Origin: an uncultured Candidatus Cloacimonadota bacterium
GTDB lineage: Bacteria > Cloacimonadota > Cloacimonadia > Cloacimonadales > TCS61
Reading direction: 5' to 3'
Length of the DNA: 46,085 nucleotides
Assembly: GCA_964638205.1 (NCBI GenBank)
Contig: CAZWYK010000001.1
Coordinates: forward strand, 1 to 46,085
Below, one piece after another: positions 1-8,715 of this stretch (position 1 is its first letter; every line of letters starts with the position of its first letter). The position numbers and the translations under genes were made by a program. The notes below the pieces were generated by a model. That model was not told where the DNA came from. It did no database searches and worked only from the letters and a program-made list of their open reading frames with translations.

Positions 1-81
1 TTTGCGAGCGGGATTTATTTTTATAAATTATCCGGAAATGGAAAGACAATTGCGAGCAAAAAGATGTTGTTGTTAAAATAA
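1..81 (+). CDS. 3' end of a secreted protein carrying a T9SS-type (Por) C-terminal sorting tail (partial; start lies outside the window)
   Basis: Frame 1 reads ...FASGIYFYKLSGNGKTIASKKMLLLK* with stop at 79-81. The GIYFYKL...KKMLLLK ending resembles type-A T9SS C-terminal domains. Confidence 0.5.
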   Translation, partial: FASGIYFYKLSGNGKTIASKKMLLLK

Positions 82-108
82 CTTTATTTTCAAGAATGTT
101 ATCAACAT

Positions 109-996
109 TTACCCTAACTTTGAGCGTTTAATAAGGTACTGCAATAAGTTTTCTTCAAATGGAGTATCAGTTGTGATTGGGTTATATTCGATAAAAGATT
201 TGTGGCATTTTGTTTTGAGATAAGTTGTATTTTTTTCTAAAGTTGCGAGGTAATCTTTTTTAATTTGCCACGGATTTACAGTGATTTTTTCACCCGTTTC
301 GCTATCCACAAACTCAGTTTCATTTTTGAAGTCAAAATTCATTTCCTGTTTATCCTGAATGTGAAACAAAATAACTTCGTGCTTTTGATGACGAAAATGT
401 TGTAATCCTTGCAAAATTTTATCAGGGTCATCGAGCATATCTGAAATCAAAATTATTAATCCGCGTTTTTTAATGCGGTCTGCCAGTGAGTGTAAAACTT
501 CCGATGTTTGGGTGGTTTCGGTAGGTTGCAGGTTGTGTAAATTCTTAAAGATAACATTCAAATAAGATTTCATAGAACGCGGTGGCAGGTAGTTTGTGAT
601 TTTATTTGTATAGCTCAGTAATCCCACGGCATCTTGCTGTGAAAGCATTAGATAGGCGAGGGCAGAGGCAAAAGTTTTGGCGTATTCTAATTTGGAAATT
701 TTGTTTGAAATATAACCCATCGAAGCACTGTGGTCAATAATAATGTGTGATTTGAGGTTTGTTTCTTCTTCGTATCTTTTGATGTAATAGCGGTTCGTTT
801 TGGCATAAACCTTCCAGTCTATATTTCGGATTGCATCGCCAGGTATGTATTGACGGTGGTCGGAAAATTCCACGCTGAACCCGTGATACGGTGATTTATG
901 TAAGCCAACGATAAATCCTTCTACGATTAATTTTGCCCGCAGATTAAATTTGTCTATGGTAGCAACAAATTCTTCTGAAAGATAGCTTTTGGACAT
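109..996 (-). CDS. DUF58 domain protein (vWA-like, MoxR-associated family)
   Basis: 295-aa ORF with the DUF58 signature SPYHGFSVEFSDHRQYIPGDAIRNIDWKVYAKTNRYYIKRYEEETN. Confidence 0.85.
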   Translation of the reverse strand: MSKSYLSEEFVATIDKFNLRAKLIVEGFIVGLHKSPYHGFSVEFSDHRQYIPGDAIRNIDWKVYAKTNRYYIKRYEEETNLKSHIIIDHSASMGYISNKISKLEYAKTFASALAYLMLSQQDAVGLLSYTNKITNYLPPRSMKSYLNVIFKNLHNLQPTETTQTSEVLHSLADRIKKRGLIILISDMLDDPDKILQGLQHFRHQKHEVILFHIQDKQEMNFDFKNETEFVDSETGEKITVNPWQIKKDYLATLEKNTTYLKTKCHKSFIEYNPITTDTPFEENLLQYLIKRSKLG

Positions 997-999
997 CGT

Positions 1000-1173
1000 C
1001 TATTTTTCAACTTTGAAAACAATTGCGAGGGGGAATAAAATTACATAAGCCACAATTAATAAAATGGTTGAAAGTGTTTTATCACCAGTTGCCATCACGA
1101 TGTAGCCAGCGATTGTGGTCACAACTGCAATTATTAGCACGAGGTAATTTGTTTTTGTAAATTCAAACTTCAT
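1000..1173 (-). CDS. Small two-TM membrane protein (DUF3098-like), 57 aa, absent from the ORF track
   Basis: Hand translation gives MKFEFTKTNYLVLIIAVVTTIAGYIVMATGDKTLSTILLIVAYVILFPLAIVFKVEK*. Its ATG (1171-1173) overlaps the TGA of the upstream TPR gene (ATGA), and its stop lies 3 nt before the DUF58 start. Confidence 0.45.
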   Translation of the reverse strand: MKFEFTKTNYLVLIIAVVTTIAGYIVMATGDKTLSTILLIVAYVILFPLAIVFKVEK

Positions 1174-2255
1174 TTTTGCTCCTCAAAAGTTATTTTAATC
1201 AATTTTTGTGAAAGTAGCACAAATTTTTCATCATCATTTATTTGGACAGCGAGGTTAAGATACTTCTTGGCATCGTTAAACTTAGTTAATTTTAGAAAGA
1301 TTTCACCCAAATGATAAGCTATTTCAGAGTGTGTAATCTCGTTTTCGAGCACTTTTCGCATTGCTGAGAATGCTTTATCATACTCCTGTTGTTGAAAATA
1401 TAGCCACGCTAAACTGTCCCAAATCATCATATTTTCAGGCTCACTTGCGAGTGCTTTTAAAATCATTTTTTCTGCCTTGGGGTACATTTCAGAAATCTGA
1501 TAATCGGCAATGAAATAACCGAAAGTATTCAAAATAGCTGGATTTTCAGGATACAGCTGTTCAGCTATTTTTAAATTTTTTATTATTTGTCCTATATTGC
1601 CAGTTTTTTCATTGATGTATGCGTCAAAAATAAAAATATCTGGAGCTGGTTCATTGTTTGTGTTAATTTCTCTTTGGATGTATATACTTGCCATTGAATC
1701 ATTTTTGGCATAATAGTAGAAATAGGCAATAATGGTGTTTGTCGTTGGATCTTTTATTTCGCGTGCATCATATGCTTTTTTGGCACTTTCTACATCATTG
1801 TTTATGAGGTAGATATCTCCCAGTCTTTCATAAAACGGTTGATCCTTATCTTCTACTGCTATTCTATCTGCTACTATGAGAGCAGTAGGAATGTCAATTA
1901 AGTTTGTTGCGACCAAAAAAATGATTTTAAGGATAAGTGGTGATGTTATGTCTTGCTTTAAATATTGTTTGCCTAAACTAAGGAGAGTATGTTGAATTTC
2001 TGCGTCGAAATAACTAAGATCAAAAAGAAACGTAATCATCTCTTCCTTGAGATAAACATTGGTAGAATCTGCATCGTTTGCTAATTTTAAAAGTTCAATT
2101 GCTGAAGCGAGATCGTTTTGTTGGACGGCTGTTTCGTATAAAGAAAAATAATTGAGTGCTCGGTAATTCAGTGACTTAATTGTTTGTGGTTTTTGGGTAT
2201 TGTTTTGTGAGCACCCCAAAATTATGCTAATCAACAAGATGGTAAAAATTCGCAT
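1170..2255 (-). CDS. TPR-repeat lipoprotein
   Basis: Signal peptide with lipobox (ILGCS). Repeated TPR-like helices, e.g. AWLYFQQQEYDKAFSAMRKVL and YHLGEIFLKLTKFNDAKKYLNLAV. Confidence 0.6.
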   Translation of the reverse strand: MRIFTILLISIILGCSQNNTQKPQTIKSLNYRALNYFSLYETAVQQNDLASAIELLKLANDADSTNVYLKEEMITFLFDLSYFDAEIQHTLLSLGKQYLKQDITSPLILKIIFLVATNLIDIPTALIVADRIAVEDKDQPFYERLGDIYLINNDVESAKKAYDAREIKDPTTNTIIAYFYYYAKNDSMASIYIQREINTNNEPAPDIFIFDAYINEKTGNIGQIIKNLKIAEQLYPENPAILNTFGYFIADYQISEMYPKAEKMILKALASEPENMMIWDSLAWLYFQQQEYDKAFSAMRKVLENEITHSEIAYHLGEIFLKLTKFNDAKKYLNLAVQINDDEKFVLLSQKLIKITFEEQK

Positions 2256-2258
2256 ACT

Positions 2259-3080
2259 TTAGAAAGTCATATTGTAGAGTAAAGTCAGCGTTCTATCACT
2301 ACCAGAAGCATTGACTTTATTGTTATGTAAAATATCAAAAAATGATATTTTCAAAACAAGGTAATCAGTAAAATGGATATTGAGCGATGAATTCAAATAA
2401 CCATTTCCTTCAATTTCAACTTCTTGATAGTAATTGTTTTCAATTTGCTCTAAAAAAAACTCCTCATTATCGTTCCACGCGAAGTCATATTCGCAAGTTA
2501 AAACCAAAATATTGCCCAAAGTTTTATCTATTCCCAAGAAAACATTTAAATCTTTATCATCACTTTCGAGTGTTTTATTAACTCCTAAGTGGGTACCTAT
2601 ATTTCCCAAAAGCGACCAATTTTTACTCGCGACCAGATAGATGCCTTTAGATTTAATATCGTATCGTTTTATTTTTTGAGTCCCAGAAGTTATATTGCCA
2701 CTTAGTTGTTTTACAGAATCGACTTCAGCAATGTAATTTCCATGCCCTTGGGAATCATAACCAATCGCTATGGCTGGGTATGTGAAAGATTCATCCATTA
2801 AGCGTAATTTCGCATTGAATTCCACCCGCTCGTGCCAAATAGGATTTTTATTGCCAACGATTTGTTCCGCACCGTAGTTTACGCCAAACATAAAACGTGG
2901 GAATAAACCAACTTTTGCACCGATGATTAGTCCGTTATTTTTGTATATTTTTGCTGAAATTTCCGATTCTCCTTTCTGTAGAATCCCAGCAGTTGGAGAG
3001 TCTATTAAGCGACTTAATTCGTAAGAATGTAGCATTAAGCTTATCCCCACAATTACGATAAAAATAAAAAATTTCTTCAT
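2259..3080 (-). CDS. Hypothetical outer-membrane beta-barrel-type protein
   Basis: Start moved to the MKKFFIFIV ATG at 3078-3080, which follows GGGAGGAAAA. Signal peptide, alternating beta-strand pattern and a C-terminal ...LLYNMTF (OMP-like terminal Phe). Confidence 0.45.
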   Translation of the reverse strand: MKKFFIFIVIVGISLMLHSYELSRLIDSPTAGILQKGESEISAKIYKNNGLIIGAKVGLFPRFMFGVNYGAEQIVGNKNPIWHERVEFNAKLRLMDESFTYPAIAIGYDSQGHGNYIAEVDSVKQLSGNITSGTQKIKRYDIKSKGIYLVASKNWSLLGNIGTHLGVNKTLESDDKDLNVFLGIDKTLGNILVLTCEYDFAWNDNEEFFLEQIENNYYQEVEIEGNGYLNSSLNIHFTDYLVLKISFFDILHNNKVNASGSDRTLTLLYNMTF

Positions 3081-3150
3081 TTTTCCTCCCAGAATATTGC
3101 ATTTTAAAAACGTGATTACACTCAATTTTGGCAACTATTTCGTCAAGATT

Positions 3151-4161
3151 TTATTTTAATTTTAATGAATTTGAAATAATTTCTAACTCAATTAATGATT
3201 GCAATTTGTAGCCTTCGGGAAAATAAACTGAGTTATCAATAAGGTATGCGGTTTGGCTTTTTTCGTCGTAAAATGCGAAACTTTGGAATGCTCCCCCGAC
3301 AGCATATTTAAGATTTTGCCATCTGCCAGAAAGTTTCCAACCGCTAAACTTAGCGGTGTTATATTTTTCTAATTTTATCTCTTTTTCTTTGAAAAAATCT
3401 TCATCGTAATATCTCCAGCTAATTTCAGCACGCTTTATTTTTAGCCACTCTCGACCGAATGTTGCTTTGTCAATTTTTTCTGAATAAACACTAAAATAGC
3501 GGTCAGATTTATTTCTTAATCTAGCTAAAAATGAGGTGAAGTTTTTGTCTGATTTATAGCGAATGTAGTTTTTGGGAATTTCGGCTGACCAAGATAAATT
3601 TTTGAAAGAAGATGTCGAATAAAGAGGTGTTTTGTAAATTTGATGTTTGATGCGCTGCTTTAATTTGTTGCTCATCAATTCAAAAATGTTGTTTGCCATG
3701 GTTAAATTTAGCGTGAGTAAGTTTCGCTCGTTATCACCAATCAAAAAAAGGACAAATTGGTCATTTGCCCACAAATTATCTTTTGGATAAATAGCTACAG
3801 AGTTTTGCTTGATTTCGGGTTCAATTTGTTTGCCGAGGTGTTTTTTTACATATTCCGAAATTTGGTTGTTAGATTGCCAATCACAAAAAAATATGAGATT
3901 GTTAAATTTATAGAATTGTTCAATATCTTCGGCGCGTTTTAATTCAAAATAATTTTCGTTTTCAGTTGTAAAATGGAAGCGTTCTAAGCTTTCCCTTAAT
4001 GGTTTTTGGGCATATTTCCAAATGTCATCATCGGCAAAAACATAAACGGTTTGTTTGTGTCCCCAAGACATTGGTTTATGCAGGTCAGTGTGTTTTGATG
4101 CTGATTTTATTTCCTTCGAGCATCCAAAAATAAATAGTAAAATGGGTAAAAGATATTTCAT
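3151..4161 (-). CDS. Lipoprotein, DUF4837-like (tentative)
   Basis: Lipobox FGCS. Length and the VYVFADDDIWKYAQKPLRESL region resemble Bacteroidota-type DUF4837 lipoproteins. Family assignment is from memory only. Confidence 0.4.
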   Translation of the reverse strand: MKYLLPILLFIFGCSKEIKSASKHTDLHKPMSWGHKQTVYVFADDDIWKYAQKPLRESLERFHFTTENENYFELKRAEDIEQFYKFNNLIFFCDWQSNNQISEYVKKHLGKQIEPEIKQNSVAIYPKDNLWANDQFVLFLIGDNERNLLTLNLTMANNIFELMSNKLKQRIKHQIYKTPLYSTSSFKNLSWSAEIPKNYIRYKSDKNFTSFLARLRNKSDRYFSVYSEKIDKATFGREWLKIKRAEISWRYYDEDFFKEKEIKLEKYNTAKFSGWKLSGRWQNLKYAVGGAFQSFAFYDEKSQTAYLIDNSVYFPEGYKLQSLIELEIISNSLKLK

Positions 4162-4712
4162 TTTTGTTTGATGATAAAATAATTCAAACCAGACAAAATA
4201 GTGATTATTGCAACAATCCAGAAGAACGCTTGAATACCAAAATTGATTGAGTTTTCAATATTTTCAGGGAATGAGATATAGTTTTTTGCTGTTGTAAATA
4301 AGAGACAAAAAATAATACCAGTAAGCTGAAGAATTGTTTTCAGTTTACCCCAAATGTTTGCTGCGATAAAAATGTTTTTGTTTGCGTAATAGCTTCGTAA
4401 AATTGTGATGATAATTTCACGAAAAATGATAATAATGACGATACTGATGTGAATATAATCCAACTTTAGTGAAAGGACAAATAGGGCTGAAATTATCAAT
4501 AATTTATCGGCAAGTGGGTCCATTATTTTTCCAAAATTTGAAATTACTTTAAATTTTCGGGCGAGCAAACCATCAAAATAATCGGTAATGCTAGCGATAA
4601 TGAAAACAGCTGCAGCCCAATAAAATTGGTAATTTACAATGATTAACCAAATAAAAACGGGTACGAGTAGAACACGAAAAATAGTTAGAATATTAGGTGC
4701 GTGTTTTTTCAT
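4158..4712 (-). CDS. pgsA: CDP-diacylglycerol--glycerol-3-phosphate 3-phosphatidyltransferase
   Basis: CDP-alcohol phosphatidyltransferase motif DYFDGLLARKFKVISNFGKIMDPLADKLL. Multi-TM protein of 184 aa. Confidence 0.85.
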   Translation of the reverse strand: MKKHAPNILTIFRVLLVPVFIWLIIVNYQFYWAAAVFIIASITDYFDGLLARKFKVISNFGKIMDPLADKLLIISALFVLSLKLDYIHISIVIIIIFREIIITILRSYYANKNIFIAANIWGKLKTILQLTGIIFCLLFTTAKNYISFPENIENSINFGIQAFFWIVAIITILSGLNYFIIKQK

Positions 4713-5488
4713 AATGTTTTCCGTAAAGTAATGCGTGAAATTAAAATAATCAATAAAAGAGTGCCAAACTCAATGCCAAATTTATACATGGCAATTTCAA
4801 ATTTTAAAAGCCCGGAATGATTTACTGCAAAATAGCCACCAAAAATTAGTATAAACGGCACTAATAGTAGCCACAATGAGGTTAGCCAAAATTTTTTTTC
4901 GCGGCTTTTTCGCGAGCCACCAAGAGCGCGTTTTATTTTCCATTTTTCCTGGGAAATAATGGAAAAATGAAATCTTACGAAGATGGCCAAAAAGAAGAAA
5001 GTAGTAATGATAAATGCATTTAGAAGGTAATAGATCTTAGTGAGAAGAGTCAATTTTGTTTGTGTATTCTTCCAAAAATCATGATCGTAAATTAGAATAA
5101 TATCTTCTTGATTTTCAAGAATTATTTTCTCTAGTTTTGCTTTTTGCAGTACTCCAAAATGAGTGATATTAAACTTTATTTTCATTATGTTAGGCAAAGT
5201 TAAATTTGATAAAATTTCTTCAATCCCGACCAATCCATAAGTGTGGCACAAATTTTGTGAAATGGTTGAATCTGCCTGAATAATAGCACTTTTGATAAAG
5301 TTTAGGGTGTCAATTTTGGTTTTTAGAGAAGTAAAAGTATTGTCGTTGCTTGAGATTAAAATCATCGGAATTTTGGATAACTCGGTTTGACAATGTTCTC
5401 GTTGCCAATCGTAGCCGAGATGTGCAAGATTCCAAATAATCAAGATGATTAAAATTATGAATATCTGTAAAAAAACACCTCTTTTCAT
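4709..5488 (-). CDS. Membrane protein with FtsX-like topology (function uncertain)
   Basis: N-terminal TM, roughly 120-aa loop, then three C-terminal TMs. Weak FtsX-like KIKRALGGSRKS segment. 4-nt overlap with pgsA. Confidence 0.35.
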   Translation of the reverse strand: MKRGVFLQIFIILIILIIWNLAHLGYDWQREHCQTELSKIPMILISSNDNTFTSLKTKIDTLNFIKSAIIQADSTISQNLCHTYGLVGIEEILSNLTLPNIMKIKFNITHFGVLQKAKLEKIILENQEDIILIYDHDFWKNTQTKLTLLTKIYYLLNAFIITTFFFLAIFVRFHFSIISQEKWKIKRALGGSRKSREKKFWLTSLWLLLVPFILIFGGYFAVNHSGLLKFEIAMYKFGIEFGTLLLIILISRITLRKTL

Positions 5489-5496
5489 ATCTTCCT

Positions 5497-6087
5497 CTAT
5501 TTTTTTATTGAGACGATTATTGCATTTGAGAGAACTTTTTTTTGAGTAATTTTTAGGTCAATCTTTTTTGTGATTTTTTCTAATTCAAGCAGTCTACTTT
5601 TTGGGTAAAGCAAAAAAGCTGTGCCACTATTTTTAAGATTTCTTTCAATCGAAAAGAGAACATCGTTCATATTGCACAAAATTTCATGACGTGCTAAAGC
5701 TCGTATTTCTGAAGGGCTTACCCTGCCTTCATCTTTTTTAAAATAAGGTGGGTTTGAAATAATGATATCAAATTTTTCTGATTGAAAATGACGTAAATCT
5801 GCTTCTCTAAACTTGATTATTGCATTTGTTATTTGCGCATTTTTCAGGGAGAGTTCCACGAGTTTTGGTTGAATGTCTATTCCATAAATTTTCCAATTTG
5901 GGCGATAGTGTGAAAGCATAATGGAGACAATGCCATTGCCACTTCCGAGTTCTAAAATACGAAGTTTTTCGCGAGGCGTATTTTCCAAAACAAAATCTAC
6001 CAAATTGGCAGAATCTGAGGTGACGGAGTGTCCACCTTGAAATTGGAAGATGGTTTTTCCAAAGGGGAGTTTTACGGCAGCCAGCAT
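5497..6087 (-). CDS. SAM-dependent N6-adenine methyltransferase (TrmN6/YfiC-like tRNA m6A37 methyltransferase)
   Basis: SAM motif ILELGSGNGIVS and catalytic NPPY (IISNPPYF). Confidence 0.65.
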   Translation of the reverse strand: MLAAVKLPFGKTIFQFQGGHSVTSDSANLVDFVLENTPREKLRILELGSGNGIVSIMLSHYRPNWKIYGIDIQPKLVELSLKNAQITNAIIKFREADLRHFQSEKFDIIISNPPYFKKDEGRVSPSEIRALARHEILCNMNDVLFSIERNLKNSGTAFLLYPKSRLLELEKITKKIDLKITQKKVLSNAIIVSIKK

Positions 6088-6090
6088 AAA

Positions 6091-6522
6091 TTATTTTGTG
6101 TGACCAAATCCGCCATCACCACGTCTAGTTTCATCGAGTTGTTTATGAAGTTCAAATTCGATGGTTTCATGCTTAGAAATTACCATTTGGGCGATACGCA
6201 TTGTAGGTTTGATAGTGAAATTAGTTTTGCCAAAATTAAAGAGAATTACTTTAATTTCACCACGATAATCAGCATCAATAGTGCCAGGTGAGTTTAAAAT
6301 TCCAATTTGATTTTTGACGGCCAATCCGCTTCTCGGTCGAATTTGAGCTTCGTAACCAATTGGCAAACTAATCGCTATCCCAGTAGGAACGAGTGTAATA
6401 GAATTTGGTTTTAGTATGATATTTTCGTCATTAGCAGAATATAAATCGTAACCTGCAGCATGTTCCGTCATCTTTTGTGGAACGAGTGCGTTTTTGGTTA
6501 TTTTTTGAATTTTAATTTTCAT
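6091..6522 (-). CDS. dut: dUTP diphosphatase
   Basis: Motifs AAGYDLYS, RPRSGLA, GTIDADYRGE and C-terminal RGDGGFGHT. Confidence 0.92.
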   Translation of the reverse strand: MKIKIQKITKNALVPQKMTEHAAGYDLYSANDENIILKPNSITLVPTGIAISLPIGYEAQIRPRSGLAVKNQIGILNSPGTIDADYRGEIKVILFNFGKTNFTIKPTMRIAQMVISKHETIEFELHKQLDETRRGDGGFGHTK

Positions 6523-6525
6523 ATT

Positions 6526-7416
6526 TTAGAATTTTCTAGTTAAGATAAAATCGCAAAGCATTTTCATCATTTTTGCATTTTCACCGAAAGGTTTGAGTAA
6601 TGTTTTTGCTTCAGTAATCAATTTTTCAGCCATTATTTTCGATTTTTCTAAACCATAAATAGATGGGAAAGTTGCTTTTTTCGATTTTTCATCTTTGCCG
6701 ATACTTTTTCCGACGGTAGTTTTGTTTCCTTCAACGTCAAGAATATCATCAACTATTTGAAATGCAAGCCCAATTTTTTCGCCAAATTTCTCTAAACGTG
6801 CCGTTTCTTCTTTCGAAGCTTTTGCCAAATAACAACCAAATCTAATTGGTAAATTTATCATGCGTGCAGTTTTGTTTTGGTGAATGTAATGCAGTGTTTT
6901 TTTTGTAATATTTTTCCCTTCACTTTCGATGTCTACCATTTGACCGCCGATTAAACCTTTGTTTCCAGACTCTTCTGCTAATTCTTGTATCATTTTGAAT
7001 TTTAAACGGTAATCGATGTCAGCCTTTGCAAGTGCGTTGAAAGCATAAACTAAAAGTGCATCACCCGCAAGAAGTGCGATATCAGAGCCATATTCTACAT
7101 GACACGCTTTTTTACCGCGTCGATAATCGTCGTTATCAATTTCTGGTAAATCGTCATGAACCAAAGTATAGGTGTGTAGCATCTCCAAAACGCCAGCCAC
7201 ATAAAATGTTTTTTCAATATCTTGTTTGAATAATTTGTAGGTTTGCACCATCAAGTATGGTCGAATGCGCTTGCCACCAGCAAAAAGGGTGTGTCGCAAA
7301 GCTTTATGAATTAATTTTGGATATTCATCTTTTCGTGGTAAAAAGCGGTCTATTTCAATATTTATCAGCTCTTTTGTTTCTCTTAAATTTTTTTTTAATA
7401 TTTTTGTCTCACTCAT
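6526..7416 (-). CDS. ispA: Polyprenyl (farnesyl/geranylgeranyl) diphosphate synthase
   Basis: FARM LVHDDLPEIDNDDYRRGK and SARM FQIVDDILD. Start set to the ATG at 7414-7416, preceded by AAGGAAG. The track start at 7446 has no SD. Confidence 0.88.
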   Translation of the reverse strand: MSETKILKKNLRETKELINIEIDRFLPRKDEYPKLIHKALRHTLFAGGKRIRPYLMVQTYKLFKQDIEKTFYVAGVLEMLHTYTLVHDDLPEIDNDDYRRGKKACHVEYGSDIALLAGDALLVYAFNALAKADIDYRLKFKMIQELAEESGNKGLIGGQMVDIESEGKNITKKTLHYIHQNKTARMINLPIRFGCYLAKASKEETARLEKFGEKIGLAFQIVDDILDVEGNKTTVGKSIGKDEKSKKATFPSIYGLEKSKIMAEKLITEAKTLLKPFGENAKMMKMLCDFILTRKF

Positions 7417-7417
7417 T

Positions 7418-7621
7418 TCATGCTTCCTTTTGCTGAAGTTTATCATTCAGGATTTCAATTTTAGTTTCCACTTTTTCTAATTTTTCACTACAATATTTTG
7501 CTAACCGTGAACCTTCCTCGAAAAGTTTCACAATTGCATCCAACTCATCAACACCATTTTCAAGGGTTTTGACTATTTCTTCTAATTTTTGCAGAGATTG
7601 TTCAAAATTTAAATTTTTCAT
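7418..7621 (-). CDS. xseB: Exodeoxyribonuclease VII small subunit
   Basis: 67 aa with FEQSLQKLEEIVKTLENG...LFEEGSRLAKYCSEKL. Classic xseB-ispA adjacency. Confidence 0.85.
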   Translation of the reverse strand: MKNLNFEQSLQKLEEIVKTLENGVDELDAIVKLFEEGSRLAKYCSEKLEKVETKIEILNDKLQQKEA

Positions 7622-7632
7622 AGTTTATCCAT

Positions 7633-8568
7633 TTATTTTGAAAGAACAATATCATCTTCAAGTTTGTTTAAATATTTATAAGGATTTCGATATTTATTGT
7701 ACCGAAGCACTTCGTAGTGTAAATGTGCACCAGTAGACCTGCCCGTGTTTCCCATCTCTGCGATGATTTGCCCTCTTTTGACCTCATCGCCTTTTTTAAC
7801 AAGCACTTTGTGAAGATGAGCATAATTTGTTTGATAGCCAAATTGGTGGTCGAGTGCAACGTATTTTCCAAAAAGTTTTTGACGGCCAGTTTGTTTCACC
7901 ACGCCATCAGCAGTTGCGTAAATTGGTGTTCCTGCTTTGTTGCCAAAATCAAGTCCATTGTGAAAGGATCGTTTTTTTGTGATGGGATGAGTTCGCCAGC
8001 CAAATCCATCTGAAATTCGACCGTAAGTAGGATAAATAGAAGGAGTGTTTAAATAAAGTAGTTTTTTTAAATCAGCCTGTGTGAGCAACTTTTGGTGCGT
8101 TTCGAGGTCAAAATCAGTGCGACTATTTAGCTGAATAATTTTATTGAGGGTGAAATTATAGTTTGTACTTAAGTTTTCATCTAGTGCGTGAAAGGTAGTG
8201 TCTATCACAGGTATTCCACCGCTTCCCATTTGGCGAATTTCTTCATTTATAATGTCAAAATTTTTGTCAGAACGAATTTTATTTTCCCATTTTTCCATTA
8301 ATTGTATTTTTAGCGTAATGGAATCAACTTGAGTGGAAAGATATGCTAATTTATGGCGCAGTTGTTTATTTTCTAAAATTAAATTTTTGGCAGTAGAAAT
8401 TTTATGTTGATTTTTTGTAATGTAAAAAAGAGAACCTAAAAATAGCACAAAAATGGCAATAAACATTGTTAACAAGACGATTCCAAAACTTTGCGGAATG
8501 CTTACATGAACAGGCCTTGCTGATTTTGTAGTCGATAATGCAATGTGCCACCTTTTTGAAACAGCCAT
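7633..8568 (-). CDS. M23 family metallopeptidase (membrane-anchored, coiled-coil N-terminal part)
   Basis: HNGLDF (HxxxD), GTPIYATADGVV and GNTGRSTGAHLHYEV (HxH). Confidence 0.85.
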   Translation of the reverse strand: MAVSKRWHIALSTTKSARPVHVSIPQSFGIVLLTMFIAIFVLFLGSLFYITKNQHKISTAKNLILENKQLRHKLAYLSTQVDSITLKIQLMEKWENKIRSDKNFDIINEEIRQMGSGGIPVIDTTFHALDENLSTNYNFTLNKIIQLNSRTDFDLETHQKLLTQADLKKLLYLNTPSIYPTYGRISDGFGWRTHPITKKRSFHNGLDFGNKAGTPIYATADGVVKQTGRQKLFGKYVALDHQFGYQTNYAHLHKVLVKKGDEVKRGQIIAEMGNTGRSTGAHLHYEVLRYNKYRNPYKYLNKLEDDIVLSK

Positions 8569-8715
8569 ACTCCCCCACTAAAAATTTATTTCTTTCCAAA
8601 TGGAAATAAGTGAGTTTTGTGTCAAGAAATTTAATTCTAGATAAAATAAAAACTTGACTTAAAATCCTGATACTTGATTCCCATCTTCGAAAGAAATAAC
8701 TTAAAAGAGGTAAAA

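Noticed and set aside
2387-2640. Antisense or shadow ORFs inside larger genes (for example 2387..2581, 2434..2640, 3757..3942, 7723..8013, 10254..10589, 11042..11347, 15075..15389, 25264..25593, 32582..32872, 44577..44780)
   Set aside because: Each lies within a longer ORF that has recognisable family motifs. Their sequences are low-complexity Phe/Leu/Ile/Lys-rich, as expected for the reverse frames of AT-rich coding DNA.
8598-8625. Near-palindrome TTTCCAAATGGAAA between the M23 gene and ptb as a regulator binding site
   Set aside because: It is a single short AT-rich imperfect palindrome with no second copy in the window, so it cannot be distinguished from chance.
8674-8715. Track start at 8674 for ptb, and similarly 3134 for the OMP-like gene, 7446 for ispA, 38201 for the OMP-like gene, 41507 for XRE, 41591 for the small protein and 42508 for HD-GYP
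   Set aside because: Downstream in-frame ATGs are preceded by clear SD sequences or create ATGA/TAATG coupling with the upstream stop. The longer N-termini add non-homologous residues or hide the signal peptide.
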